Shown: piece by piece, positions 12,501 to 25,238 of the stretch
How the letters are laid out: every line of letters starts with the position of its first letter
Position numbering within the stretch: the stretch's first letter is position 1
Source: Marsupella aquatica
Taxonomy: Eukaryota > Plantae > Marchantiophyta
Direction of reading: 5' to 3'
Length of the DNA: 64,000 nucleotides
Assembly: GCA_973895155.1 (NCBI GenBank)
Contig: OZ316892.1
Coordinates: forward strand, 28,358,307 to 28,422,306
Program-made: the position numbers and the translations under genes
The notes under the pieces: generated by a model
What the model was told of the DNA's origin: nothing
Seen by the model: the letters and a program-made list of their open reading frames with translations, nothing else
Databases searched by the model: none

Positions 12501-15500
12501 CGGAAGTGCTTACCAGACAACAGAGGTTTATGATACCACAGCGAGCCTGCATGCTAGTGCTCAAAGTAGCAAACATCAGGCCATTGGAAAGCTGCCCTTC
12601 TGGCAGAACCCTTATCCTCAGACCGTTGAAGCAAATCGCAGTAGCAACAGTCTTGGCCAAACTAACCTTCCACCGAGGAGTCCTCAACTTCCAACAGCTG
12701 AAGGGAGACAGCAGAGTAGTTGGAGTGGTCTTTCCGGTCAGCAGGAGACACTTCATGGTGGAATCTTTGCTCAGAATTTGGCTAATGCGGAGGCCTTGAA
12801 ACAAAGCCTTCTGGCAGGTAGCAGCATTCAGCAGACTAGTCATCAGGCGGCAGATCTTCGACCATCCGCGAGGAATCAGAGCATCGAAGCAGCTCATTAC
12901 TTGCAACAAAGTAGCACTCAGACAGCCTCAAGTTCACACTTCTTGAACGCCCTGGGTGCCAAGCAAAGCAATTGGAACAGACTGAGTATGCAGCAGAATG
13001 TGCCTCAGACTGGCGTGCCTGCTGAGACTCCATCTACTCTAGAAGCAAATCAGAAAAGTAACTGGACAAGTCTTAATATACAGCAAGCCAGTGCTGAAAC
13101 TCAGCCGCTTGCGAATTTGAAACAGCAAAATCTTTGGGGTGGCCATACCGCACAAAGGAGTAGGCCCGCTGCTAACTCTCTTCATCTTTTCACTGATATG
13201 GATGCAAGACGTAGCGGCATGCAAAATAGCCATGAGTTGCAACAGGGGAGCGCTCAACCTTCTGGTGCTCACCAGGTGGGCAAGATTGATGTGAACCTGC
13301 AGAGTAGTCACAATATTCAATCCAGCAGCGTACAAGGAAATGAACCACCAAATACACTGTTAGACCTGGAGACAAGCCAACAGAGCGGATGGAGGGATCA
13401 CAGTCTCCTGCAAGGAGCGAATCAGACGAATAGCTCAATTCAGGGGTATAATGATTTAGATAAGACTTCCAGTTGGAGGAACATATGGCAGACTCCTTCC
13501 TCGGGTGAGGCATCCTCTCAGCTATTGGAAATGGATGACGGAAGGCAGCAGAACACTTTGTGGGGTCATAGTTTGCAAAAGAGCCGTCCGGAACCAGTCG
13601 AGTCGCATGTTACCGCTATCAATTCAAGGGAACAGAGCGCTTGGAGTGCCCAGGATGTACAACAAGAGAGTCCTCAAACTAATCAATTACTGTCAAGTCT
13701 AGAAGCAGAACAACAACAAGGAAGTCACCATACGCATTCCTTAGGTGATAGACATCAGAGTGGCCAATTTGGCCACTTGCTTCATGAAGAGCGCGCTCAT
13801 TCGAAAACCTCTGCCGAAGTCGATGCTCGGCATAATGCTACCCAGAGTGTTTACAGTTTGCAGTCACAGGTTGCGGCAACAGAGCAGGATGTGAGGCAGA
13901 AGGCCATTCAGAATGCTTACAACTTGCAGTCACAGGTGGGCATGACCGAAACAGATACCAGGCACAAAGCCAACCAGGACGTGTACAGTCTTCAGACCCA
14001 GATCCGCGTGGGAGAGGCAGATAACAGGTCTAAAAGCAACGTAAGTGCATACAACCTTCAGGCACAACTGGCATCTGCGGAAGCTGACGCCAGGCACAGA
14101 GCCAGTCAGCAAAACTCCTATACCTTGCAGGCTCAAGTTGCCATGGGTGAAACGGATGTGAGGCACAAGGCCAACCAAAATATTTATAACTTGCAATCCC
14201 AAGTCGGCTTGGGAGAAAAGGATTCTCGCCTCAGAGGCAGCCAAAACGTGTACAATCTGCAGTCTCAGGTGGGGTCCGTAGAAATTGATGCTCAGCATAA
14301 AGCAAGGCAGAACGCGTACAATTTGCAGTCTCAGCTGGTATCAGCAGAAGCGGAGGCCAGACTCAAAGCCAGCCAGAATGCTTACAGTCTGCAAGCTCAG
14401 GTGGGTGCTTATCCTCAGACGAGCAATATGGATGGAAGGCACGGTAGAGCACAATGGCCTCTTGGCTCGCAGCAGCAAGGTAATTCTCAGGCAGGGACAT
14501 CCATGTTTGGATTCCCCAGTAGGTCAGGAAAGAATCAGGGCTCCCAAAACAGTGCAAATCTGCAAGCCTGGAATGCACCTGTTGGTCACGTGGAAGGTTG
14601 GCAGAAAAGTGGAACTGGTGGCAGTAGTCCCTTCCAGCAAGCAGACCTCATTCAGGTTGAAAATGTAGATTCAAGACAGCAAAACGCTCAAAGTGGAAGC
14701 AACTCGCGGCACAGTAGTCCTCAGAGTGAAAATCATTTGCAGTCTTTAAGCAGTTCAAGGCCCCCAAGTCGTTTGGGAAGACCAAATAATTCACTGGATT
14801 CTTCTCTACCAGGGGCCATGGGGGCAACCGCGGTAAAACTCGCCTCCGTGAATCACTGGCAGAATCATAACAAGACCATTAGTTCAAACAATTCTCAAAG
14901 TGATGTCCTACCATCATGGTCTCAGGGGCATGCCTCCCCTGCAAGAGGAGATGTGGAGAAATTCAGTGCTGCAGGGAATTCAGCTGGTGGGAGTGGTGAT
15001 GTTTTCCCACGATGGTCAAGTGGACAGAGCTTGCATTCTCAGCAAGATGTGGAGCAGGTCAACCTTGTAGGAGAATCTAGTAGTGCTCCAAATGAACTTC
15101 TGCCAACATGGTCTCGCGCGCAAAATTCAGCTTCTCGAAAAGATGTTGAGCATGCCATTCTTGGAGGGGAATCCAGGATTCGTACAAATGAGTCCCAACG
15201 GACATGGTCAAGTGGACAGAACAGGTTAGCTCAAAACAACGTTGAAGAATCCAGCAGCGGCTTAAATGAAGCCTCAACTACATGGTCTCGTCAGCAGAAT
15301 GTCCCCGCTAGGAAAATTGTTGAGCAACCCAATTTAGGGGAATTAAACAATGAGATGAATGAGAACGATCTTCCAGCCTGGTCCCGCGGGCAAAGTGTGT
15401 ATACTAGAAAAGACGAGGATGAATTGGATGGTGGTGAGGAATCCAACAAAGCTACAGAAGAGCTGCCAATTTGGTCACGTGGTCAGAACAAATCTACTCG

Positions 15501-18500
15501 GAGTGTTGTGGATCAGCTCGATCTTGGAGAGGATTCCAATAGCGGTAGGAATGAGGTGTTGCCGGCTTGGTCACGTGGACAGACTACAGCAGCTATGAAG
15601 GATACTGAGCAGTCCAATCTTCCAGACGAAACAAATAGCGGGAGTGATTTTGTGCCCACTTGGTCACGGGGGCAGAGTGCACCCGCTGTAAGTGATGCTG
15701 AGGAACTACATGTAGATGCCGAATCCAATATAGGGAAACCAGATGCTTCACCTGCTTGGTCACAGGGGCAGCATGCTTTGTCCAGGAATGACGATGAACA
15801 ACTAAATCACGCTGGAGATCTTAACAGTGGCGGCACCAACATTTCTGTGAAGGTGTGGCTTGATTTATCCTACCATTGATGTCATCTAATTCTTGTTTTG
15901 TTGTTGGCAATCAAGTAGTATGGTACTAGGTTTTAGGTCGCAAGATATAGTTTTAACACTGCTTAAGGTCTGGGGCATACTATCTTACTGCTAAATTCTT
16001 ACTAGATCCATTAAACGTCTGCTATGCAGGAATCTCTGATTGCTAGACCAGAAGCAGAAAAGAGAGCTCAAGCTGAGATGAGTTTCTTGGATAGAGGAAC
16101 CCTGAGGGAGTCAAATTCGGGAGCTTCACCAGCACCCTCGCCAGAGAGCAACTTGTTCTCGTCATCTGCGAAGCAGAAACCCTCAACCAAAACGTCATCG
16201 CTTTCGAGGTTTTTGAATGAACCATACCTTCGATCAATGGATACCAAGAGGACCATGAGAAGGATCCGCAGTAGGTCGTTTGTATTTTCAGGGCTCTGTG
16301 GGATACTTGGACTTAGGATTGTGTCTTGCAAATTTTTGAGGAGCTAACGTTTGCACTTACTTTTACAGGAATACCCTAGAGCTTCTCAGCAGGCCTGAAG
16401 AACCCAATGAGAGCAGTTCCATGCACGATGAAGAAGTCGAAGAGGAGGAGTTGGACCTCGAGGACAGTGGGGCGAACGCATTGGGCATATCATTGGCCCA
16501 TTTGCGGCGCCCTGGGCAGCCATCGGGCCCTCTGTCCCCGCAAGGCTTTGGGTTACGCTTAGCGCCACCATCACACCTCTCACAACGAGGGGATCCAAGT
16601 CGGATGGTGCATACACAGCCAGGTCAAGACCTTCCTCAGTCAAACTCAAACAGCGAGAATGACCAGGCTCTCAACGAAAAGGTAGATCCTTCTATTCCTA
16701 GCGAGGTTGGCACATCAGATCTAGCACCAGCTACGAGCACCGGAACGGATGCGCCAGCAAATTCTCAACCAGACTCTCATCCAATATCTCAAGAGCACGT
16801 ACCTGCAGAAATTATTGAACATACCTCAATGCCGTCAAGTCAGCTTGATGGAAGCACAAGTCAGCCAGCAACGTTGTCTTCTGCCAGTGCTAATGCGGGT
16901 GTCCATCAAGCTTTTCTAGATGGACGGCACAGTGCGGATAGTGGACAGCAAGGTTTAGACAGTGAAATTGCTCCGGCTCAGGGTATGGATCCTATGGTCT
17001 CCGAAGATGGGAATGGTACAAGCAACTCGTTCGGTTCCTCTCAGGCCAACGTGATGGGTCATCTGACAAGCAGTCTACCGCACAAGGCTCAGCATTCTTC
17101 AACAAACCTGCAGGTGCAGTCAGGTGGTGTTCAAACAGCTGGACTTTCGAAGTTGCTTAACACATTTAAAGACTCCCTTGCTGGGCAAAACAAACAGGTA
17201 TCTGGGCAGCAGCAAGCTGGAAATGTCGAAAGGGGCAACACAGGCGTGTTCGAGTCTTTTCGTCCGCACTTTGGCAAGCAAGTGAACGGCCTCCAACCTG
17301 GCCAGTGGGGTACGGTTTTCCAAAGGCTAGCCGCACAAGTTCAAAACAAACCAAATCAGACCAGTTTTGGGCAAATGCAGCCGAACGACAGCTTAGAGCA
17401 AGCTGCAACTGGTAGTGAATCTTTTTCAGGGAAAACAGGTGCTGTAGGTCACTATTTCTCAGGACAGGGATTTTCTCAGGGTCAAATTTTCTCAGGGCAA
17501 GCGACGTCGTCTGGTCAGCTTCAACCAGGGCAACCATTACACCAGGTTCAAACTGTTCCAGGACAAGAAAGTACTGCTGCCTCTCCACATCCTGGGCAAA
17601 TTTACCACCAGGGCTATGGTCAACCAGTGCAAGGGATAAGTATGGATAACTCCCACCAAGGATACTTGCAAGCTCAGAGTCATACCATCCAGGGACAAGG
17701 TATGCTACCTGATCAACATTCCATGGTGCCATCCCAAAATCTCTCAGCGCAAGTGAGTACTCCCGGTCAATCCTACCCTGGTCAGGCATATGCTCCGGGC
17801 CAGGTTCTTCCTGGTCAATTGAATCCTGCTGGTCGCTCTTACCCAGGACAAACATATAATTCAAGCCAAGTTCATGCAGCCCTTGGAAGCGCTCCAGGGA
17901 AGTCGTTCTCCCAAAGTCAAAATTATTCGGTCCAATCTGTTACTCCTGGCCAAGCCCTCCCGGGTCCTGAAACGCCAGGTCAGCCAATTTCAGGCCATAT
18001 AATGAGTCCGGCTATGGCAAGCAAGCAGAGCAAGGCGCGACAGAATCGGAAATTTCCTCAGAAGGCAGCTGGAAATGATACAAATCAGACGCCAATGCGA
18101 GGAGGCTATCCAGCTCAGCAATCTACGGGTTTCCAATCTCAGCAGTCACCAGCCCAAAGCATTTCCCTTGAACATCAGTACGGTCCCATGGTACAACAGA
18201 GAGAGCTTTCTGCAAGTGTCCAGGCTTCTCAAGAGGAAACCCCTTCAGACGCTAGGCCTGACTCTCTGGTCGCTCCAGAAGGATTGGGCGTCAAGGATGC
18301 CAAGGATGGTGACAGCAGAGGATTGGGTGGAACAGAAAAATCTGGTGCCATGCCAGCCAGAGTAGAAGGGATCGATAGCATGCATGCTCCTCCTCGCAGT
18401 GGTCTTGAGCAGTACGGGGTACGACCAGATCAAAGCACTATGTTGCAACAGTGGCAAAATGCTCAGACTATGAATTCTCAATCTGTATTATCTGACCATC

Positions 18501-21038
18501 AATTTCAAAGGATCTTGGAAGCTCGCCCTTCGCTTACCGCTGCTCTAGATGCATATAAAGGAGATCCGCGCCTTTATCAGTTGGCAATAGCTCAACTTCG
18601 AGCCTCGCTGAATGCAGCACACATCGCAAGGCTTGCGCAGTACCAGAAGCAGGTAAGAGATCAGCAAGCGGTTGCAGCTTCAACAGGTGCTGTAAGGACT
18701 TCCTCTGATGGGTCCGCTGCTGCGCAGGCTGTTCAAGCTTCGCATGTAGCCCATGCTCAAGCAGCTCAAGCAGCTCAAGCAGCTCAAGCAGCTCAAGCGG
18801 CCCATGCCCAAGCACAATCTATGCATGCTTCCCAAGCTGCCCAAGTTCATGCTGCTGCGCAAACGGTCGAAGCATATCAGGCAGCTCAGGCAGCTCAAAA
18901 GGCTCAAGCGGTTCAAGCAGCCCAAGCACTGCATTCTGCACAAGGTGCACAGTCTGGTCAGACTGCTGATCAAGCGGCTCAAGCTGTTCAGGCTGCAATT
19001 ATGAGCAAAAATGCGAATAATGCTCAGGCTGCTCAAGCTGCGCGTCTGCAATACCTAAGCCAACTTGCGCAACGAGGGCAAAATGTGAATGGAATGGCCG
19101 GTCCGTGGTACTCTGGGATGGTTGGAAGGCCTGGTAGTAATGGACCTCTAGTTCCCTCCAGGATGGTAGAAGGTATGGGCCAAGACCCCACTGCAGCCAG
19201 TGTACCGTTTGGAGTTGGAAACGATGGCCTTTCTGGGAATCGGTTCCTTCCAAATTCCCATGTTCCTCCTCCGCAACCTAAGAAGCGGAAGGAGGCACCT
19301 GCCCTGCCTCCTTGGCGTGAAGTTATATCTCAAGCAGGCGGCTATGTCTCGAATATGAGGTGAGTGGACATACTCTTTCATTGTATGTCCTCTTGCTTTC
19401 GGATGTGCTGTTATTGGACCACCGTTTTCCACTCTGATGTACTTACAGCTTTTGCTTTGCTCGATTCTGCTGACTGGAGCTTTTCTTCACAGAACCATGG
19501 GCTGCCTCTATTGTTGAAAGTTCTTGACAAAATTGTGGTGTTTTTTCTCAGTGGTTCTGAGCTGGAATGGGCTGCTGCAACGAATCGTATTCCTGAAGTG
19601 GTGAGTCCATTGTGTATTCGTGACAAATTACCTGCACCAAGGATTTGTACAAGAAACCTATGTTTATAAAATTTGACTATGTTTTGCTTTGACATTTGTC
19701 TATGCCGACGCGCTTTAGTTCATTTACTTTTAGTTACGTTTAGTTTACCCTTGGTTTATACGTGCAGACCTCCTTCCCTCGTTCAAATGCCCTTGGTATC
19801 TCTCAGGATGATGTTAAAGGCGGGCCCTTTAAAAGATCACCGTCACTGATTATTTGCAATATTGCGTTTGCTTCTCAGGAATCACGCGACGAGATTGTGG
19901 ATGTAATGGACTCGAGAGCTGTTATTATTAGTCGGGCAAAAAGACGGCTGAGATTGACTACTCAATTGATGCAACAAATCACCCCTGCTGTACCCGCTAC
20001 ATTTATGCAAAGCAAATCAATTGAGGACCGTGAAAGTTCTTCATACACATTGTCAAAACTGGCATTTGCGGATGCTTGCCGAATTTCGTCTATTGCCCGT
20101 CGCATCAGGGAAGTTGCTGCTGCAAGAGATGCTGAGGAAAGCAGGATTGAAAAAGAGAGGGAATTGTGAGTACATTCAAATGCAAGCTGTCTAGTTTTGC
20201 ATAAAGCAGGAGTATGTATTGTTGTTGAATAGCAATCTTCTCTTTACCAAGTATCACAAAGAAAGTGACAATCACAGATCAGTAGGCCTTTTGTCCATGC
20301 ACTCCAAAGTCGTTATGAGTTGCCGGCAGTTTTGGTTATACACCACAGATCCATACTCAGTAGCTTTCTGTTGTGAGGATAATGGGAATGACATTCACGA
20401 GACTTCTAATTCTAACTATACGAATTGTTAATGATGGGCAGAGCTATGAAGGAGGCCGAGAAAACTGGAGAAAACACAGGAAGACCTCTGCCCTTGCCTA
20501 CCAATATTGCAGACAGGTTCAAGCTGCGGATGAAGCTCTTGGAGAATGACTTACAAAGGTGTCATTATCATTTGACCTGGAATTTTTATGTTCAAGTCCT
20601 TTAACTGGTGTCGCTGCTTAGCCCAATCTGAATGAATCTAAAGGTGTCTGTTTACTGGAGTGTTTATATGTCGTACTGTAGTTTTGCGTTCTTCGAGGGA
20701 AGTTATTCAATATCGTTATGTAATGGCCGCAAATTTAAGGGTTGAAGTTCCCTCCCAATAGCTTCCGCTTGGGAACATGATCATCTGAGAACGGAACTGA
20801 TCTGCCGTTGTATCTTCTGTTCTGCAGGCTGGAAAATTCGCCATCGGCCGTTGATCTGGTGAAGGACATGCAAGACACTGAAAGAATTAGTCTCGTGAAC
20901 CGGTTGGCGGTTCATCACACTCCCCTCTATTCACCGCAGAATTTAGATTCTCCCATCAGGGCAGTTCCACAGAAGCATGCTACAGCAGTACACATGCCAA
21001 GTAAGTTACCAGAAGGGCTTCTCTGTGTATCTTTGTGA
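9501..21038 (+). CDS. Large Q/S-rich protein (~3011 aa) of the plant 'dentin sialophosphoprotein-like' family (AT5G07940/AT5G07980-like). Exons 9501-9586, 9782-9822, 10135-10201, 10403-10478, 10987-15852, 16030-16274, 16369-19359, 19552-19600, 19879-20165, 20442-20558, 20828-21038
   Basis: All ten introns are GT-AG with matching phases; the exons total 9036 nt. Family-like motifs: NTLELL, QGFGLRLAPPS, QPKKRK..PPWREV, ELEWAAATNR, KRRLRLTTQLMQQ, LAFADAC, and C-terminal PQKHATAVHMPSKLPEGLLCVSL. The four short 5' exons are less certain than the rest. Confidence 0.85.
13810..14406 (+). repeat. Coding repeat: 9 x 22-aa unit (xxExDxRxKAxQNxYxLQxQV)
   Basis: Read directly from ORF 11062-15879. Confidence 0.9.
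14902..15834 (+). repeat. Coding repeat: 10 x ~32-aa unit centred on LPxWSRGQ
   Basis: Read directly from ORF 11062-15879. Confidence 0.9.
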
Positions 21039-21879
21039 TATATTGCCATGGTCGGGCGAATGGAGGGTTACTCTCACTTGTACTATGTACATTAGTTTTG
21101 TATATTACAAAGAGTTGAGCTGTGAGCCCGATCTCTAGAAACTAGGAGCAGGTGGATATGAATACTTCTGCATATTTGAGGCGAGAGACCGGGGCTTACC
21201 ATATTGGAACCAAAAGGAAATCAATTTTGATTACTTGCTGTTTTTGCTTCTCAAACATAAAGCAAGGGGATGCTGATGCTTTGCTCCAGATCAGATGGAG
21301 GAAGGTGTCTTCTTAGTTAGAAGATGAGTCATGTTGTGGTTGAGCATTTGTTCATCTCTCTCAATATGAAATGTGCACCACACCGAAGATGTGGTCTGTC
21401 ATCGTCACTCTGTACAATGAATTTTTTCCGGTGTCATACTGTTAGATGTGCAGTTCTCTTTGCTCATTTGATCCTCATTTGATCCAGTCAAAGTTGGCCG
21501 TTAAGGGACTGTTGATGGTTGTGCCATGTCTCTACTTGGAAAGCTGCCAGAGAAAAAATCATTGATGTGGTTCGCTAACAAAGTACTACAGAGGACCAAA
21601 CCGAAAAACCTCAAAGAACAGAGGTCTGAAAACCACTTATACCAGGTCAAAATTCGCCAGCCTTAAGATGATTTCACTCCTTTCAAAGTAGACCTGAATC
21701 GCAAATAGCCACGACGGAGCAATATTGTGACGGAGCTTGCCAACTTCACATTCATAGAACTTACGAAATTGCACATGCTTGATCTTCGTGAATTTGGGAT
21801 GTGAGTACTCAAAAACGTGTTTTCCAGCTGAAAAACTGAATGATTCTTCCGCTATTCTTCCGTAAATGGTAGAAATTAG

Positions 21880-22330
21880 AGACTACCCGTACTCCCAATC
21901 AAAGACAAGTGGAACCCATGTTTTGAGTGGGAGTGGGACGTGGCATGTTGTGGAACCTTGGATGCAATATGGGTTCGTTGAGTTTGAAGGGGTTGCTGAC
22001 CCAGTTTCAGCAGTTCCATAGCATATGCTGCCCCAAACAAACTTGTTGAGTTGGAAGTGGTTGCTGACCCAGGTTCAGCAGTTCCATGGCATATGCTGCC
22101 GCCAACAAACTGCAGAACAGCAGGGCGGGAGAGATTGCCACCCATCCTGAGAGCTTGTTCCATGAGGTTGCCAAAGTGGCTAACCTGCTTTAAAACCTTG
22201 CAAAAACACTGATTACAAGCAAAGGTGGGAGAGATTGCCACCCATCCTGAGAGCTTGAATGTTCCATGAGGTTGCCACAGTGGCTACCTGCCCTAGACCT
22301 TGAGAAAACACCTAGTACAAGCAAAGGGGT
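21880..22330. repeat. Internally repetitive segment paralogous to 45440-45800
   Basis: Shared GAGTGGGAGTGGGAC..GGCATGTTGTGGA.CCTTGGATGCAAT and GCCACCCATCCTGAGAGCTTGTTCCATGAGGTTGCCA. Confidence 0.8.
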
Positions 22331-23284
22331 TCATGCTTATTGTCAAGTATTATTGCCTTGGAAATTTTAACACTATGTGGTCAATCCACCTTTCAGTGTT
22401 TTGTCTTACTAAGAAGGTATCCCTTGTAGATTACTTTGGCACCCCTGGCTATCTTCCTATGCTAGAGCTCTCCTTCCCCACTACATTTAGTTTTCAATGC
22501 AATGCATTCGCACCCTTTAGCAGATTTTATGGAATTTCTTGTAACTGTAGTGAATGAGAGAGAATTGGTACTTTGAGAAATGGACTCCTCATGCTTTAAG
22601 TCCTCCTCAACTTTTATTTGCCAAGCTTATGGTTTTTATTGTCATTACCTAAGGCAAGGGAGGATCTTCCGTACCTTATGTGCATAATTTTTGACTGATT
22701 TGAGTGTCATTCAAGAAAGTGTGAAGCAGTACCTTATGTGCTCAACTTTTCAAGACTTATGCACTTGTACTTTTCCTGGTTATTATGTAACATGTACTTA
22801 TATTTGACATGTGCTGTATTTTTTCTACTAAATCCTATCCAATACTATGCAATAATCATTTACACATCACTACAAGACAAAAAATAAAGCCAGGATGAAC
22901 ATGCTATGTTGCAATTCTGTAGTGACATCCTGGTTTGTGCAGGACCTGAGTTAAACATTAATTATTTTTAGTCTCTGGAATAACCCAAGGGCAAAGTATG
23001 ATACTCCTTTTTTCATTTTAACACATAATACATACCACCAAAAAGTCTTTGTTTTGTGTTTATGTCAAGATGCTTAGAATGCTCTTGAAATCTACATCTC
23101 AAACTATTGAGATGTTTCTTGTTTGTTTTTGGCAGTCTTTGGGGCCAGGTCCAACCATCTATTCTCAAGATCATCCACTCAACCCCTAGGTTGAAGTGCC
23201 ACTGTACTCATCATGCCTGGATCCACCGGGTTGCACCATTTATAGGAGACTAGCTTGATGCCCGGTTGTTGCACAAAAGATGCT

Positions 23285-23700
23285 GAGGTGAGAAAAGATG
23301 TCAAGGTGAAAATTGCAAGGGAAAAATATTTTGATGAGAAAAAATATTGATGTGAGAAAAAGAAGTCATGGTGAGCAAAAATGTCGAGGAGAGAAAAGAT
23401 GGTGAGGTGACAAAGAGACATAAAGATGAAGGAAAGATCTCAAGGAGAGAAAAAATGTCAAGGGTGAGGGAAAGATCTGAAGGTTTGTAAAAGATGGCAA
23501 GATTAAAAAAAAGATGTCGCGGCAACGAAAAGATCTCAAGCCAGGTGAGAAAAGTTCTCAAGGAAAGAAAAGATGTCAAGGGTGAGAAAAGATATCGTGG
23601 TGAGATAAAGATGTCAATTTGAGAAAATATATCAAGGCAAGATAACGATGTTGAGAAGAAATAAAAATGTAAAGATTAGAAAAAGATATCAATGCAAGGC
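23285..23700. repeat. Degenerate ~19-20 bp minisatellite (GAGAAAAGATGTCAAGGT)
   Basis: Many imperfect tandem copies visible. Confidence 0.8.
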
Positions 23701-24882
23701 AAAAACACATATGCTCCGGGATGTAGTGTTGAAGCATGTTATGTGTGATCTTGAATGACTATATAGTTGTTGTGGTAGTGTTCAATAACCCGTGCATTGC
23801 ACATAAAAAATAGAGACTCGAGATAGCGGCCACCGCATCATAGAGTTTAATTGTGTTTTTCTGAGGCAGTTGTGGGCAGGCTAAAGGGCAATGGGCAAGC
23901 ATTTATTCTAAATGGGATCCATGGATAATTCTGTCAAAATCCAAAAAATTAAATTTAGATGAAGGATCAAGATTGGTTCCCACTTTTCCATCAGTTTTTT
24001 TGGCCTCAAATAATTATTTTTTAGCTTTTTGAAAATAAAAACTACCTAAGTTCACTATCATTAAAAAAAATATTCTTCACAATTTCATACACCCATTTTA
24101 GCTGACAAGTGTATTATAATTCCTAATTCTACATCTATTTCATTTTAAATACATAGTCTTTTAACATGTAGTGATTGAGTACCTCTATTAAATATACACA
24201 TGTGTACCAAAAAACGTTTTGGTGTACTTAACTTGTACTGGTTAGGTATCCCCTCATGATTATTATCACCTATGTACCCTAAGGTCTTATTTGCTTTGGT
24301 GGACACTTATTTCTAGCTGATCAAAGGCTAGAATTAAGCCAACATAAATCCAATGGTCAGACATTGTTCCCACCAAATCTGAGTTTGTAAACAGATGATT
24401 GACGACTTTTGGTTTTTTTCTGAAATAGTGGAGGGTCCACTCAACCCCCAGGGCTAAAGTGCCACTGTCCCTCATCATACCTAGGTGGTCCTACCATTTA
24501 GAGAAAATTTATCCTGAAATAGTGGAGGAGGCTGATTAACTTTAGCTTTGGTAACAATGCACAACAACACAAATATCAGGCATTTTGCATAGTGAAAAGA
24601 GTAAAATAATGTGATTCATCAATGCACATTATGCTGGGACAGGAATAAAAGCTTTGCAAGATGTGTAGGTCGATACAGTAGCTCTTGGACCCCAACCAGG
24701 GGACACCTTAAATAAATTAAATGTTTATTGAGAAGAATCTCTGACGTGTTGTTAGAATGTTTGCTCTGTGTTAGGCGGAAGGAAAGCCTTAAGCATATCA
24801 AGTCGGTATGTCACATCTTGTTCTAAACCCTAGTGAAAATGGAATCATTAAACCAATCCAGGAATTCCTCAAGTCAAGAAAA

Positions 24883-25238
24883 TGTTTTTTTTTTTTTTGT
24901 CTTGAAAAGAATGAGTAAGAACACTTAGTAGACTCCCCCCACCCCAATAGTGAAATTCTTCATTGTAGGGAAGTTGAACGAATTTTAGAGTGAGCCCAGA
25001 CAGGGACCAACACCAGGAGGGAGAAATGATTATATCAGGGTCACAAAGTGGGCAACCAGGGGCTGATCGAGGAGATAGCTTGAACTGCCATCCACTACCC
25101 ACAAAACCCATCCCACCCAGACACATATACCCTCCACACCCCTGTGCATGGAGGGAGTACTATGGAGGGGGTACTGAACCTGGGACATCTCAGTTCCAGG
25201 CTAACCCCCTAGCCAACTGACCTAAGCCAGTTAGTTTC
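24883..25238 (-). mobile_element. tRNA-derived SINE, 356 bp, with poly(A) tail and 16-bp TSD
   Basis: Minus strand has an A box-like TAGGTCAGTTGG and a B box-like GGTTCAGTACC. T14 run at 24885-24898. TSD CCTCAAGTCAAGAAAA at 24867-24882 and 25239-25254. Empty paralogous site at ~46335-46385. Confidence 0.85.

Noticed and set aside
11635-19432. Antisense and alternate-frame ORFs over the large gene
   Set aside because: Shadows of a long low-complexity CDS.
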